NCBI GenBank assembly: GCA_973895155.1
Contig: OZ316898.1
Location: 11,865,187 to 11,929,186 of the forward strand
Length of the DNA: 64,000 nt
Origin: Marsupella aquatica
Taxonomy: Eukaryota > Plantae > Marchantiophyta
Direction: 5' to 3'
Notes under the pieces: model-generated
What the model saw: only the letters and a program-made list of their open reading frames with translations
What the model was told of the DNA's origin: nothing
The model's database searches: none
In this document: piece by piece, positions 37,840 through 51,089 of the stretch
How positions within the stretch are numbered: position 1 is the stretch's first letter
How the letters are laid out: each line of letters opens with the position of its first letter
Made by a program: the position numbers and the translations under genes

Positions 37840-38555
37840 ACACTCACTTGGGCTAGTTTTATATTATAACTCCACTAAGCTCCATTGAGTAATTAATTTA
37901 AGCCAAAAATTGGCCACAATGCACAATTGTGACACACTAAAAATTAGTAGGCAAGATTACGCCGACAATTTAGGGAAAAGGGGGAAGAATTAAATTTAAG
38001 ACAAGACAGCCTGAGAAACTTCATGTGAAGCAAAATGCCCCGCGTGTTATCTTTTGAAATTGGTTGTGTGAAAACATATTTTGGCTAGATACAGGCAAAA
38101 TACAGTAAAAAATAGACTTGTAAAGGTTTCAAGCTGACAACAATTTTAACTGTCATCTGGTAAAGTATGAAAATGATGCTCCCATGGCCCACAATGTTGG
38201 TCTTTTAAAACCCCCATGGACCCCCATGGACCACACATCCCAACATTTGAGTTTAAGTGTAATAACTTGATGTTAATAAATTCAAATATTTTTTAGTTTT
38301 GAGTATGTGCTAAAGGAGTTAGTAGGTAGCCTTACACTTCCATCAAAGTGAGAGTGAATTTTTGGCCATTTGGGAAGAGTTATTCATCATGGAACGCGGA
38401 GAAGTAAATTCTATTAGATGAATTTTCATTGTGTTAATATGAAATATTAGGGGGGGTACTGTTTTTTATGTCTACTCCTTCTCTAGTTGTAGTACAAACA
38501 AAAAATTATTTCAAGACTCCTCATCATCAAGTCATAAGCACAAACCTCCCATAAA

Positions 38556-38931
38556 CCACCAAAATGTGGTACACTGGAGCACCGTGTCCAATATGGAGGT
38601 CCATCCCGGCTTCACTTTTGGTAAGTATGGATATAGCATCTTCAAAATAGAAACAGTATGGAAAAGCAAGATAAAATGATGCTAGAGTACCCACCAAAAT
38701 GTGGTACACGGGAGCACCGTGTCCACCATGGAGGTCCATCCCTGCTTCACTTTTGGTAAAGTATGGATATAGCATCTTCAAAATAGAAACAGTATGGAAA
38801 AGCAAGATAAAATGATGCTAGAGGACCCACCAAAATGTGGTACACGGGAGCACCGTGTCCACCATGGAGGTCCATCCCGGCTTCACTTTTGGTAAAGTAT
38901 GGATATAGTATCTTCAAAATAGAAACAGTAC
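38556..38931. repeat. Tandem repeat, ~135-bp unit x ~2.8, upstream of EF-Tu
   Basis: ccaccaaaatgtggtacac.ggagcaccgtgtcca..atggaggtccatccc... starts at 38556, 38691 and 38827. Confidence 0.92.
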
Positions 38932-39297
38932 TCTAGCATAGCAAGGGCGTGCCCACGTTGACCTCGTAAATGAATGAGGTTTGGAAGAAAGCTCGTCGTC
39001 AGGATCCAATCCACCCATATCGTAGTCTCTGAAAAACTTGGGGGCACTTGGGTTGCGGTGGCCAACCCAATCTGTGGCTGGCATCACTCTATCTATTCTG
39101 CAATCATTATGTCATCCGATCTCACTTTGCACACGTATTCCATCACTGTAGATTGTGTTTTCTTTCGATTGCCCATTCAATCCATTTCCTCTGTGAGCTG
39201 GTGTCGTTCCTGACTCTCTGCCATTCTTACGAGTGAGGAAGCGACATTTCTGATTTGCTGAAAGTGGCGTGGTGATTTGGTGTGCCTGGCTTTCGAT

Positions 39298-41507
39298 ATG
39301 GCGAGCTGCACAGCAACATCGACGCTGGGGAGAATGTGTGCATCGACGCCGAGGAATGCGGCGCCGTGCACCAAGGTGTCTGCTGATGGATGCGCTCTGC
39401 AGGCAAAGAAGACTGGGGCGCAGAGACTGAGCTCGGGATTCTCGTTCTCGCAAGTCAGTTTCACCGATGCGGCACGAGCTGTTGCGTGGAAAGAAAGGTT
39501 AGTTTGCCGTTTACTGTGTAATGTCTTGTAGATGCCTCGATGTTGTTTCCTGAGTAGCAGTGCTAGCAGTGCTCTTGAATGGGTTGCCGCATTGTGTGCC
39601 CTTCGGTGTAGCAATTGCCCCAAGTCTGCCCCTCAATCAGCTCGAACAGTGGGTTGTATCGGACTATGGTCATCTCCTGTTTCGATGATACCCACGCACT
39701 TCATTACTGGCGATTGAATTCAGTTTGTTCAGAAGAGTAGCGTCTTCTCCTGTTTTAATGATATTCTTGCTCTTCATCATTGGCGATTATACTCAGAATG
39801 CTGTGTTGGGTAGCGAAGCTGACCTCTCGGGAACGTTGATGTCCTAAGTTGGTCTCAGTCGTAAGAACTCTCTACCTTAGTGCTTTAGTGGTTCAATGAC
39901 CTCTGATGCCATTCGTCATTTCGGTCCTGCATATTGTGCAGATCCCGAAATTGAGTGTCTCGGAGTTCCTGGTTTTGAGTGAAGGATGTCAAACTTGTTC
40001 CATCTTTTGAGATTGTTGGAAACCGTCCTACCGCGGAGCTATGTTTTGTCTATATCTTAGTTTTGGTTAAACCTTTGTTAAACCTTAAGTCTAGTTTCGG
40101 GAAAGTTCTCCTTTGTTGTTTCGAAAGTAGCATGGAAAGCTGAATGTGCTGAAAAGCTGCTGGTTAGTTTAGTTGATGCCAATATTTCGATATAGATTGA
40201 CGAGCGTTCGCGCTTTGTTTTCTTTGGTGTTCAGCTCCTCGGCGAGGAGAAAGAGGTGTGATGTGCTCGTGGTGCGAGCGGCTCGAGGGAAATTCGAGAG
40301 GAATAAGCCCCATGTCAACATTGGCACGATTGGGCACGTTGATCATGGCAAAACAACTCTCACTGCTGTCCTTACCATGGCACTTGCCTCGATTGGAGGA
40401 CGTGCAGGGAAGAAGTACGATGAAATTGATGCTGCACCTGAGGAGAAGGCGAGAGGAATCACCATCAATACCGCCACAGTTGAGTACGAGACGGTCAAAC
40501 GCCATTATGCCCATGTCGATTGCCCTGGACACGCAGATTATGTCAAGAACATGATTACAGGGGCTGCCCAAATGGATGGTGCTATCCTCGTGGTTTCTGG
40601 TGCTGATGGTCCCATGCCTCAGACTAAGGAGCATATTCTCCTGGCCAAGCAAGTGGGTGTCCCCAATATGGTTGTGTTCCTAAACAAGCAGGACCAGGTC
40701 GACGATGACGAACTCTTGGAGCTTGTCGACCTCGAAGTCCGGGATCTCCTCACATCTTATGAATTTCCTGGTGATGATGTCCCTATCATCTCAGGATCTG
40801 CTCTTCTCGCCCTTGAAGCCCTTATAGAGAACCCGAAACTTGCCCGAGGTGAGAACAAATGGGTCGACAAGATTTTCGACCTGATGGACAAAGTTGATAA
40901 TTACATTCCTGTACCAACAAGGCAGACTGAGTTGCCATTCTTGATGGCTGTGGAGGATGTGTTCTCAATAACTGGACGAGGAACTGTGGCCACCGGTCGT
41001 GTGGAGCGTGGCACCGTTAGAGTAGGTGAAACCGTGGAGATTGTGGGATTGAGAGAAACAAGGGGAACCACGGTGACGGGGCTCGAGATGTTCCAAAAGT
41101 TGTTGGACGAGGCTCTTGCAGGAGACAACGTAGGAATCCTTCTGAGAGGTATCACGAAAGCCGATATCCAGAGGGGGATGGTACTCTCCAAGCCTGGCAG
41201 CATCACTCCCCACAGCAAGTTTGAGGCTTCCGTTTATATTCTGAAGAAGGAGGAGGGAGGGAGACATTCTCCCTTCTTTGCTGGTTACAGACCACAATTT
41301 TACATGAGGACCACAGACGTGACTGGAGCTGTCACCTCTGTCGAGAATGACAAGGGGGAGCTGACGAAAATGGTCATGCCTGGTGACCGCGTCAAAATGA
41401 CCGTGCAGCTCATTAACGCTATTGCCTGTGAACAGAAGATGAGGTTCGCCATTCGAGAGGGAGGAAAGACTGTCGGTGCCGGTGTTATATCCAAGGTTCT
41501 TGATTGA
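39298..41507 (+). CDS. TUFA: Elongation factor Tu, chloroplastic (nuclear-encoded), 2 exons: 39298-39497 and 40235-41507
   Basis: Exon 1 encodes a Ser/Thr/Ala-rich transit peptide [12 protein letters not shown]... ending AG|gttagt. The acceptor ttcag|C restores the frame (phase 2). The mature part has [46 protein letters not shown] and [15 protein letters not shown], i.e. the plastid/cyanobacterial type. Confidence 0.96.
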
Positions 41508-42694
41508 ATATACTTCCCGTCCATTATGTCCATTGTGCAGATAGTGTGGGCAATCCTCATTCAATCCTATAAGATAAGTTTGGATCTGAATGGTGGTTTG
41601 TAAAGTTCCCCTAAAAATTACTCGTCACAGTTGGACACATCGGTATTGTAGTTTAGGGCAGGATATGTCTGATAGTTGTAGGTGAATGCTTCTTTTCGCC
41701 CGGAAGTGATGAGTAAGGGTACTGAGTTTTTAGCGAACAGATAATTCAATTCTTTACTGGGTTGGTACTACATTTCATTTCAGCGCTTGTTTCCATACCA
41801 ACATCCACGCGCAAACCTGTTATCACTGATCGGGTGCTTTAATTCTTATGTCGACTTCCACCTGTTGCTCTGCATCTGGACAGCGGTGGGCTTCGTCATT
41901 CTAAAGTTTTGACAGAATACTCAAAGCCACGAATCCAGTTTGTGTCCTAATCAAGTCTGGGAGTGGTTTTCTACAGCTACCACTGCCTCCAACTGACGCA
42001 TGGAATGAGGTGATGGAGTGAGTGTTCTGAAAGTTATCTTGATTAACTGTGACATACGCTTCGACAAGTGTTCTGACCTGTCCCAATTTTAATGGATAGA
42101 ACTCTGAAGTGAGGGTTAAGACCACTGACGGTGAATAGAAAACTAGTCCAGAAGCAGAGAAAACCGTTCTTCTACCTCCAAAATCCATCAATATCGGAGC
42201 ATTTGAAGAATTTCCCTTTGTTTGCCTGAATACCCTTGAGAAACTTTTGTTGGATTTCCCAAGGACACTGAAGAGAAATCTGATCACCTGAATAGAAAGA
42301 TCAATTGGTTTGCGATTTCCCAGTGCAGAGATTTTGTAGTTTTGCAATGTTTACGCAGAAAAGTGCAATTTATCGTTTTCGAAAATGAAGAGGACACTAA
42401 TGGCGAGCATGCCCCATGTCACTTCAAATGGGAGGTGGAGGTTCGTGAATTCACATTGCAAAAGATTGGTCATTTCAATGGGAGGTGGAGGTTCGTAAGT
42501 TCACAATGCAAAAGATTGGACAGCAGGAGTATGGCTATGAAAATAGAGGTCTTGCGTATTTGCAAGCACTCCAAGTTTGAACATTAATGGGGCTCCCATC
42601 AGTCTCGCAGCATTTATCCCTTTTCCTCCCTTATAAGTAGCTACCCAAATGCAATAGCCATTGTCATGTCAGGCCTGACTACCATGTCCCCTCA

Positions 42695-43200
42695 ATCACT
42701 CTGGCTTACTAGATTTCTGGATTTGTGCCTACAAATAACGGAATGGGCATGTGGTTTAGATTATTGGCTATTGGGTGCCTGGGAATCATGTGGTTTAGAT
42801 TATTGGCTATTGGGTGCCTGGGAATCATGTGGTTTAGATTATTGGCTAATGGGTGCCTTCCGTCACTCTGGCTTACCAGATTTCTGGATTTGTGCGTACA
42901 AATAATGGAATGGGAATGCGGTGGAGGTTAATGGCTAAGTACTGAGCTTGCAACTTCGACCACATGCATTTAGTCACTCTGGCTTACCAGGTTTCTGGGT
43001 TTGCGCCTAAAATAACGGAATGTGGTTGAGGTTAATGGCTAGCGCCTAAAAATAGCGGAATGCGGTTGAGGTTAATGGCTAGCTAGTACTGAGCCCGCAG
43101 ACTCAAAAGCACGTGCCTTCAATCACTCTGGCTTACCAGAATTCTGGATTTGCGCCTAAAAATAACAGAATGTGGTTAAGGTTGATGGCTAAGCATTGAG
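42695..43200. repeat. Degenerate tandem repeats (about 4 units of 110-165 bp with a nested 39-bp triplication)
   Basis: cactctggcttaccagatttctggatttg at ~42698, 42864, 42976 and 43124; catgtggtttagattattggcta occurs three times at 42748-42848. Confidence 0.8.
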
Positions 43201-43439
43201 CCCGGAAACTTTCCTTGCAGCAGCTGAAGCTTTAATTTATGGGAGTACCCAAAAGTCTTGAGTTATGGGAGCCATTGCACTGGTATTGCAGAATTCTGAA
43301 ACTACTATTAAGGCTATTTGCTAAGTGCTAATCCTGCAGGCTTTCCTCATGGGAGCCAAACCTTTTATGGGAGTTCACACAAGATTTGAGTTATAGGAAG
43401 CCATTATCCTGCTATTTCCGAGTTCTGAGACACCCTGAT

Positions 43440-46400
43440 TATCCCATCCTTGGTACTATAGTTAGAAACCTACCAATTATACCACCCTTTAGGCCAGGTC
43501 CTACACTCACAAACCTGGTGGATAAAGGTTTCAGAGATGGACTGTGGTAAACCATGTAAAATATTGATCTTCTTTCCGGGTGGGGAGGGGGGAGCCCAAA
43601 AGAGCCCAAAAGAATGACCCAGGTTTTGGAGATGAACAATGGCAGTGTAATTAAGTAAGAGTTTGAAGAATAACTTCCGCTTCTTCCTTTCTTTGCCTAA
43701 CCCATGGTGAATGACCGGAGCCCCCAACAAACAAATTCAAAGGAGAAAACCCTCCAAGTGGACTATGATGTATGATAAATGGGCGGAGGAAAATGCCAGA
43801 CTAAGAAGAAAGAAACTAGTTTCAAAGAAATAAAGCGGGGATCACCAGGAAAGTTCTCCTCGTGAGGAGGGAGCAGGTTAAACAACAAGTTACCCAGTGT
43901 CGGGTGCCAAAGTTAGTAGTAGTTGTCAACTAGAGTTAAAAAGTGCATAACTATAGTTAGAAATAACCACGGTTAACGGCAAAGTAGGGTTAGAAGAAAA
44001 AGTAATGCATTGTAGGTAATAAAAGGATGAGACAACTAGGAGATGACTAGGTTAGGTAGGCCTTGGTTAGGTTAACGAGAAGTGGGTTAAGTCGAGTCAC
44101 TTAAATACTTATAACGTAGGAGATAACAAATAGCCCACTCCGCTAATTTATGAAAAGTCACAAGGTAGAATTAGGTCCTGAAATTCAAACATAGATAGTA
44201 TTAGGTCTAGGTAACGCACTGGCAAAATGTCAGCCCAAACGAAGGTCCCAGTAATGAGTAAGAAAATAGGAGAAATAAGGGCTTGTGATAGTAACTCAAG
44301 AAAGGCATGACAAAGTGTGTTATAGGAGTTAGTGAATAAGGCCGGGTGTCATGACTTGAGCCCTTCTCATAAGGACAAGATACAAGGAAAAAATATTGAA
44401 GAAGTAACAAACTCTTCCATATTAAGGACAATTCCCGTTGACTCATGGAAACCGGGGAGATCACATGGAGCAGCTGGATTGAGGGTAGGGAGAGATAAGG
44501 AAGATTTGGAAGGATGTCGGGAGGATTTGGTGTTGTGTTGCTGCCTCAATGCTGGCGTTGCTGCTACCATTCAATTGTTGGGTGCTACAACTTTCATTCA
44601 ATCTGAGCTGCTACCTCAATTGCTAGTGCTGCTGCTTCTATTGAAACTGCTCAATGTTGTTGCGCTACTGTGAGAGCTAGATACGGCTGAGAGAGCCCAT
44701 TATTGATAGAGTTTGCTGCTAAATGGAGAGCTCATGCTGCTTGCTGTGCTACTTCTATGCTACGCTGTCAGGGAGGAAATAGGTGTTGCTGAAGCATTGA
44801 ATTGCTATGCAATGGAGGCTATGGAGATTGAGCTCTGATGCTGGAGAGTTATGTTGAAGGAGCGCTACTAAATAGAACAGGTTATGTGCAGCTGCTGATC
44901 CAAATTATGTGTTGTTGCACGAAGCTAGGTTATGTGCTGCTGCTGATCGTTGCTGAGGAGTAGTATGTTGGCGTTGCTGTACTACTGTGGCTATTGGCTA
45001 TCAATGTTGATTTGATCAGAGCTGCTTGGAGCTGCTGAGCTTTGCAACTTAAATTGAATAAGAGCTATGGCTGTTGAAAGGCGCTGCTGAGCTTTGCAAA
45101 GAGAGAAAAAATAAATCAGTGGGGAGTACTACCGCCGCTTTGCACTGCGCCTCACTGTCGTTGCCTCGCGCGCGCTGCGCCTTGCCTAAGTGTTGCAAAA
45201 TGCTGTCGCAACATCCTGCCAGACTTGTTTGGAGAACTTTGAGGTCGGTTTGAAACCAAGTGAGGGACCAGGGAGAGTAGGGGAGGACCCAGCAAGGGTG
45301 CCTCAACTTTATAGAGGCCCGGGAGACCGTTTTTAATTCAAGTGGGATGTGTTAAGGAGTTTTCTTGTAGGCCTTAAAAGTGGCCTTTGTAATAAGATGT
45401 GGGGCTATTATGAAGCCCGACACTTGGTGGACACGGTTGGGGGATGAGAGTTATAGTTCAAGTATTGCTGGTTAGCTGAGTGGGAAGTCATAAACTCTAG
45501 TTATAGCAATTATAAACTCAGTGGTGTCACCAGCGGTCTGTCAGGGTAAGTTCTAGCGGAAGTACTCTCCGGTTAAGTCTCAAACTATGGAAAGGATGAC
45601 CTGTCCTTCTGTGGTAACCCAAGACTCAATGGCAAAACCCGAGACTCAGCGGTAACCTGGGACTCAGTGTAGTACCGACTCTCAGTTAGAGGCCGAACTT
45701 GAAGTATTTTTTTCGTAAGAGATGCTGCTTATTGAATATTTGTAACCCGGTTTGTTGTAAGAGTTACCAAGGGAGTACCCTGGTTACTCGTGTTGTCGGG
45801 AGCTTGCTGCTGTCCGTGCCTTGTGTGAAAACCAGAGACCTGGTTGTAGTTAAGTTGACCTACGGTTAAAGTAGAAACTTAACCCGGATTAAGAATTAGT
45901 GGGAAAGTAGTTATGCCTGGGTTAAGTTCCAAGGTGACCACTAACCTGAGTTAGTACCCTAGGCATGGTTTGATTTGTCTTGGTTTGGTTTGGAGCCCTA
46001 GGGTGTTGAAATAAAGAGGAGAACCAGGGGGTGCCTCCTCACTTGTTCAGCTGTACACCTTCTTAGAGGCTAGGAGTTTGGGGGCTGGGCTCTTCCTTGG
46101 AGGGCAGTAGCATGAGCTTGAGGCACTAGGACGGGGAGACAGTGGACTAGTCCACTAGGTAGGCAACAAGGAGAGGGTCAAGGGAGGTGTTGTGATCTGA
46201 ACTTGTACTATTCCCTATAGTAAAGACTCATGTGTAAGCCTCAGTCTTGAAGCAGCTGTCTAGTGAGATGTCAATCCATTGAGCATGTATGTAGACTCAG
46301 GTGTGACCCAATACTAGAGAGGTGAAGCTTGAAGCTTGTGGATGAGAGCATGGTTGGCACTTGTCTTGTTGTGATAGAAAGTGGCAGTCATACAGTCCTT

Positions 46401-46876
46401 CATGAAGGAAGCAGGGGACTATCTTGTGTGACGGCTATATAAGGAGTCCGCGGGGACAGCTTGTGGGTGTGCACTTGCCGTGTTGAGATCGCGAGTGGGG
46501 TTGTGTGAGTGTTTTTTAGTGGGAAAGCAGGGGAGTGATAGCCACCCTTCAAGGTTATCTTTCCAGCGGTGGAAATAAAATTACCCAGTTGGTGTGTGAG
46601 TGAGAAAAGAGAGAGTTAAGGAGAAAGAGACCTCCTGTCCTGCTATTCGCCCATCCTAGGAACCCGGACAACGATAAGAAGGGGCATAAGTGGTGAAGTT
46701 AACTCTAGTGGAGAGTTAAGCCCCATTGCAAGGTGTTGACACCCAGCTTGGACATGGGAAGCAGAACGAGAACAAATTGAAGATAATCAAGAGGTGAGAG
46801 ATCCACCACAGAGAAACGAAGCCGATAGACGTGAAAAGAGGAATCTGAGAGTTACTTGGTTGCCATCCTTTTGTCA
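43440..46876 (-). mobile_element. Truncated Ty3/Gypsy-like element: ~3-kb LTR (about 43912-46876), PBS and degenerate internal remnant
   Basis: Minus-strand start TGACAAAAGG at 46876, PBS-like tggcacccgacactggg at 43909-43893, homology to 1-1690, and an internal remnant FIHQVCECRTW resembling the integrase zinc-finger region. Confidence 0.65.
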
Positions 46877-47806
46877 AAATATATACTATGTCACTCCTTT
46901 TAGTTCACCCAATATTTTGCCATATTTTTTAGCATAGTTAAGCAAACCAACTCTAGCTAACTCAAAATTGTGGCCGAATACAAATCGGATCATTGAAACT
47001 CATGTTAATCCTAACTTGCACGCCCTCTACCTCTTCCTCCGGGTCTTCCTCCAGCTTGGGGTGGGTCTCTTCTTGTCACAATATATTAAAGGTGGGATGA
47101 CAACATGAGTCTAACTTTAGATTGAGGGCAGTAGTAGGATGGACCTGGTTGTAGCAGCCTAGCTAGCTCAGAAGAGCTGCAAGATGACCATAATTGTTGA
47201 ATCACTCTAAGCCAGATTGCTTGGAAAAGATGACAATGTGATAGACCTATCTGTAAACTCATAACTTAGTCTGTACTGATGCTGAAAGATTGTTATACCG
47301 TTGATTTGGTTGCCAAAAAAGTTTCCATGCAAATCTTTCCTTTTGTGCTACTCATGTTGCATGAAGTCTTGTCAAGAAAGAGTCACCAGTGATGCCTGGT
47401 TAAGCAAGTTTACAAATAGGTTCAATTGTTATCCCAAATATGCATGAAAAGAGGCATCAAATCAAGCACAAGTATACGGATAGGTTTATTAGTTAAACTT
47501 AAAAGAGCACATTGTGGACAAATATGAAAATCATATTTCTGCTGAACATAATGTAACTGTGTAAAAGTGTCATAGACATATATTTTCCATTCCACAGGGA
47601 TACATGGTTCCCTAAAGATTTTTGCAAGTTTTGGCTCTGTATTTTTTAGAGCATTTACTTTCCATAGACACCTTGCTTTCCTGAAACAATACACACCTTT
47701 CTTTGAGGAGTGAGTTATACAATGATCCATATCTAGGCCTACAAAACTGAAAGTACAAAGGTTTAATAGTATAAAACAAAAGAAATCTTAGCATGGCCCA
47801 TAATCC

Positions 47807-48108
47807 GAGGTATTCTATAATGCGAGCAAACAGGAGTTTTGTTAGCGAGGGGAGTATTGTTAGCGAGACACTTGTGGTTTTAAATTTATTTTGCTTTTTG
47901 CTGCCTTTTCTATTTTTTGTGTGTGTTTTTATGACTCCAGATGGCTAGCGAGATCGCTAGCAAAAAGAGGAGTCCCCAAAATGGATGTTATCAAGCAGTT
48001 TACTGTTAGCGAGGCAATTGCATATAGAAAAATTAGGGGTCATGTGAGGAAACTTTTTGCTCATGCGAGGAAAATTCCTACTGTTTCCTCGCACGCTACA
48101 ATGACCCC
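47807..48108. mobile_element. MITE with imperfect TIRs and an 8-10 bp TSD (Mutator/hAT-like)
   Basis: Left end gaggtattctataatgcgagcaaacagg vs reverse complement of the right end ggggtcattgtagcgtgcgaggaaacagt. Direct repeat (cc)cataatcc at 47797-47806 and 48107-48116. Confidence 0.7.
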
Positions 48109-48539
48109 CATAATCCTGGCTTGTAAACTTCTTCTTCCTTCTTATCAGGTTAGTGTGTGATTTTTAATTTCTATGATTTATTTCTTTTTGTCCTTTCCAA
48201 AATTCACTCAAATTTTAATCTCCGTAACAGTCCTGGTTGTAGGCATTGTGGGCCATAATGTACCCTCAAACTAAACCCTCATTTTGGGGGCATTATATCC
48301 CACATTGCCCTCTCACCACAAAGTCACCCTTTTTGAATCTGGGTTCAACGTGGGGGGCGCTGTATGCCAATATAATTAACGTGACAGTTTGGCATGTAGC
48401 AAGCTCTCGCCTGTTTGGTTAGTGTATAAAAGTGTGCATCCCCTCCTCACCCTTGGATCATTTGCAATCAGGTGCTGTAAATAATTTCCAACTCCATGCA
48501 TAGATGCCTCGAAATGAAGTCACAGAATCTTTGGCCACC

Positions 48540-51089
48540 AATAAGGGACTTCCTTGGGGTTATCCATATCTGCCAAATTTCTGGAAGGAATGCTTGGCGG
48601 TCAGGAAAATCTGGAGTGACTTGGCAAGCTTTCAAGGCTTTCAATGAGATTCAGAAAAGAACAGCCTCAAAGAGTATCAGCTCAAGATTTCACAATTTCA
48701 GTGAGATTCAGACCAGGAGGGGCCTAGGAAAGTATCAGCTGAAGATTTAGGTCGCAGTCGTCTTCTCTTGAGACTTCAAGTTTACCATTGGACATTTGTG
48801 AGCGGGTTCTATCTAGTATCCTTATCTCTCACCTTTTCCTGTTGATTTTACTTTGACAAATTCCAGATCAGTGGGAAATGATCTTTGTGCAATGCCACAT
48901 TCTGTGTGTTTAGTTGATTGGTTGGTTGGTTGAATGATTTCACACCTTGAAGCAAAATGTGATGCTATTATTTTTCTGTGGTGGCCTGTTTACCATATTT
49001 GGCTCATTGTTGTGATCTGCAACCAGTCTGTCATAGCACTCCACTTGCTCACCAGGTCATAATCTTCTTAGTGGAAATGGCCTACGAAGTGCAAGAGTGT
49101 AAAGCACTTGAAATGTCTACAAGTGCCCTTTCACTGGTTTGAAATGTGCTTATCTAATAGTGCCAATTCAATAAGTGCACACAAGGCGCCCATACACAGT
49201 TCCATTGCGTAAAAAATGTCAGGTTTTTGCTGTGGAGTAGTGAGTATCTTGGCCAGTAGAGAGGGCTTTTGGTGTTATTTCAATTCTGGAGGATCGGACC
49301 TCTCCTATGTGTGGAATAATTTGTGTACGTGTGCAGTGGCAATACGATTCAAGCAAGCCTCTATTGGTGCTCGATGGTGGAGGATTTACAAAGTAACCTT
49401 TCTGTGTCTCCATAGGCAATGGAAAGTTGTGTTTTTTGGATCACTGGATAGAACGTGGGATTTTGTGTCAAAAATGTGTTGTTTGTGAGAAGTTGGGCAC
49501 ATTTGTGCACAAGTCCACCATGGTATAATTATTGTGATGCATTTACTCTTAGGTCTAGAGTTACAACTATTTTGTAGTTAGGGTTAACCTTAGTCACATA
49601 CTTGGTTAGGTTAGTCGTGCTGCACAATATTCCCAAACGGAGTTTGCTTGGATAGGAGGAACTCAAGCTCATTGTTACCAAGCCAGTTGAGAGATAAGAA
49701 GATCTTCTATTGTGGAGACTCGGTATGGCCGACGAGCCTAGAGTGCAATAAAAACTCTCATGTGTTCCCAATGACATATCCTCAACTAAGGTAACCACAT
49801 GTGGATGTTCACGGGCTTGCCATTGTGGATGTTGGCTTTGCTCAACAAATATTACCAAGGACATTGTCCTTGAGCAAACATTTTTCCATACCTGTGGGTT
49901 TCAATTTGAAAGGTTTAGCATCATGACAAAATGAGCCCTCCTATCTCATTTTTGAAGCTACTATATGGTGAATCCAACTTTCACATTTTGTCTTATTCAG
50001 ATTTTGTGTCAAGTATTTTGATTTTAATGTGCCTTAAGAAAGTGAATCATTTGTATTAATTTGATTTTGAATTAACTTTTGTACCCCTTTTAATTTTAGT
50101 GAACTTATAGTATTTTGAAAGTATTTGGCTCCCCTCTTAAATGTTTAATCTTTCATTCACTCCTTAGTGAATTCTCTTTTCTCTAATGAAAGTGAGATAA
50201 ATGAGTTTGAACAATGTGCACATCTAGTGTACTAAGTTCCTGTAGTGATCTCTTTTACAAAATTTATGGTTTTAAGTGAGTTGGCTGTCATTACTTAGAA
50301 GGAAGTGAAAATCTGTACTGTATGTGCACAACTCTTTAGTAACTTTGTACTTTCTTGGTCATAATATGTTTTTTTTTGCATGTGTATTTATGGTTTTGTG
50401 TGTTATAGCACTCACTCTTAATTAAGAGATATTAATTTCTTCGCATATACTTTATATGTACCTAGTTACCTACTTCTTTTATCATAAAATTATATCACTA
50501 CAAGACAAAAGAAGACATGTTCCAAGATGAACATGCTATATCTCAGTTGTGGTTTGCATAGAATTCAAATTCACTTCCTAGCTTTGAGATGTAGCTTGAG
50601 AGGGTGTCTCTGGGCACTATATCCCCCATTGCATGAATATTGTCCTTTCTGAGGTCCTTCTCGATCCAATCATCATTTGACAATAATTTCTTTCAATTAG
50701 GGAAGTTGTTTTTGGGTTGTTGTCCATGTCAGAAATAAGACTACAGCTAAAAAATGTCTTCCCCTCCATTTTTTCCTCATTTTGTGTTGCCATACTACTG
50801 ATCAGTAGTACGAGTATCAGGATTCCGCATCCAACACAAGAAGTGCTACGACAGTGCAAGGAGAGGGATGTTTCCGTCAGTAAACCTTTTTACTATTTGG
50901 CCCAAACCCAAAGGGACTGTTGCCTTCAATCAGATCTCAGGGAACTGGGCAAAAGCAGGCGGGGGCAGTTTACATTAAGTCTGGCCATATATCAGGAATA
51001 TTTTAGATAAGAGATATTGGTTGTCAAAGATTCTTGACATTTATAAAGGTTAAAGGTCGCATTCCCATCTTTTCACTACAATTTGGAAG
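48540..51089 (+). repeat. Diverged direct duplicate of the HMA 5' non-coding region (57560-59280), interrupted by two insertions
   Basis: Colinear matches, e.g. 49240-49275 gtgagtatcttggccagtagagagggcttttgg vs 58371-58400, and 50814-50840 gtatcaggattccgcatccaacacaag vs 59014-59040. Confidence 0.88.
49530..49847. mobile_element. Solo-LTR-like insertion (~320 bp) inside the duplicate
   Basis: Absent from the 58660 source position; ends in caaca and starts t(a)ttg/tg, with an approximate 5-bp TSD (attat/aatat). Confidence 0.5.

Noticed and set aside
40173-40234. ORF-track start for EF-Tu; also the idea of a bacterial contaminant or plastid DNA insertion
   Set aside because: This part is intronic. 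A spliced transit-peptide exon upstream shows a normal nuclear gene.
40164-41564. Several minus-strand ORFs (162, 105, 199, 86 aa)
   Set aside because: Antisense shadows of EF-Tu.
41901-42347. 148-aa minus-strand ORF downstream of EF-Tu
   Set aside because: Non-ATG start, no motifs, no supporting exon structure.
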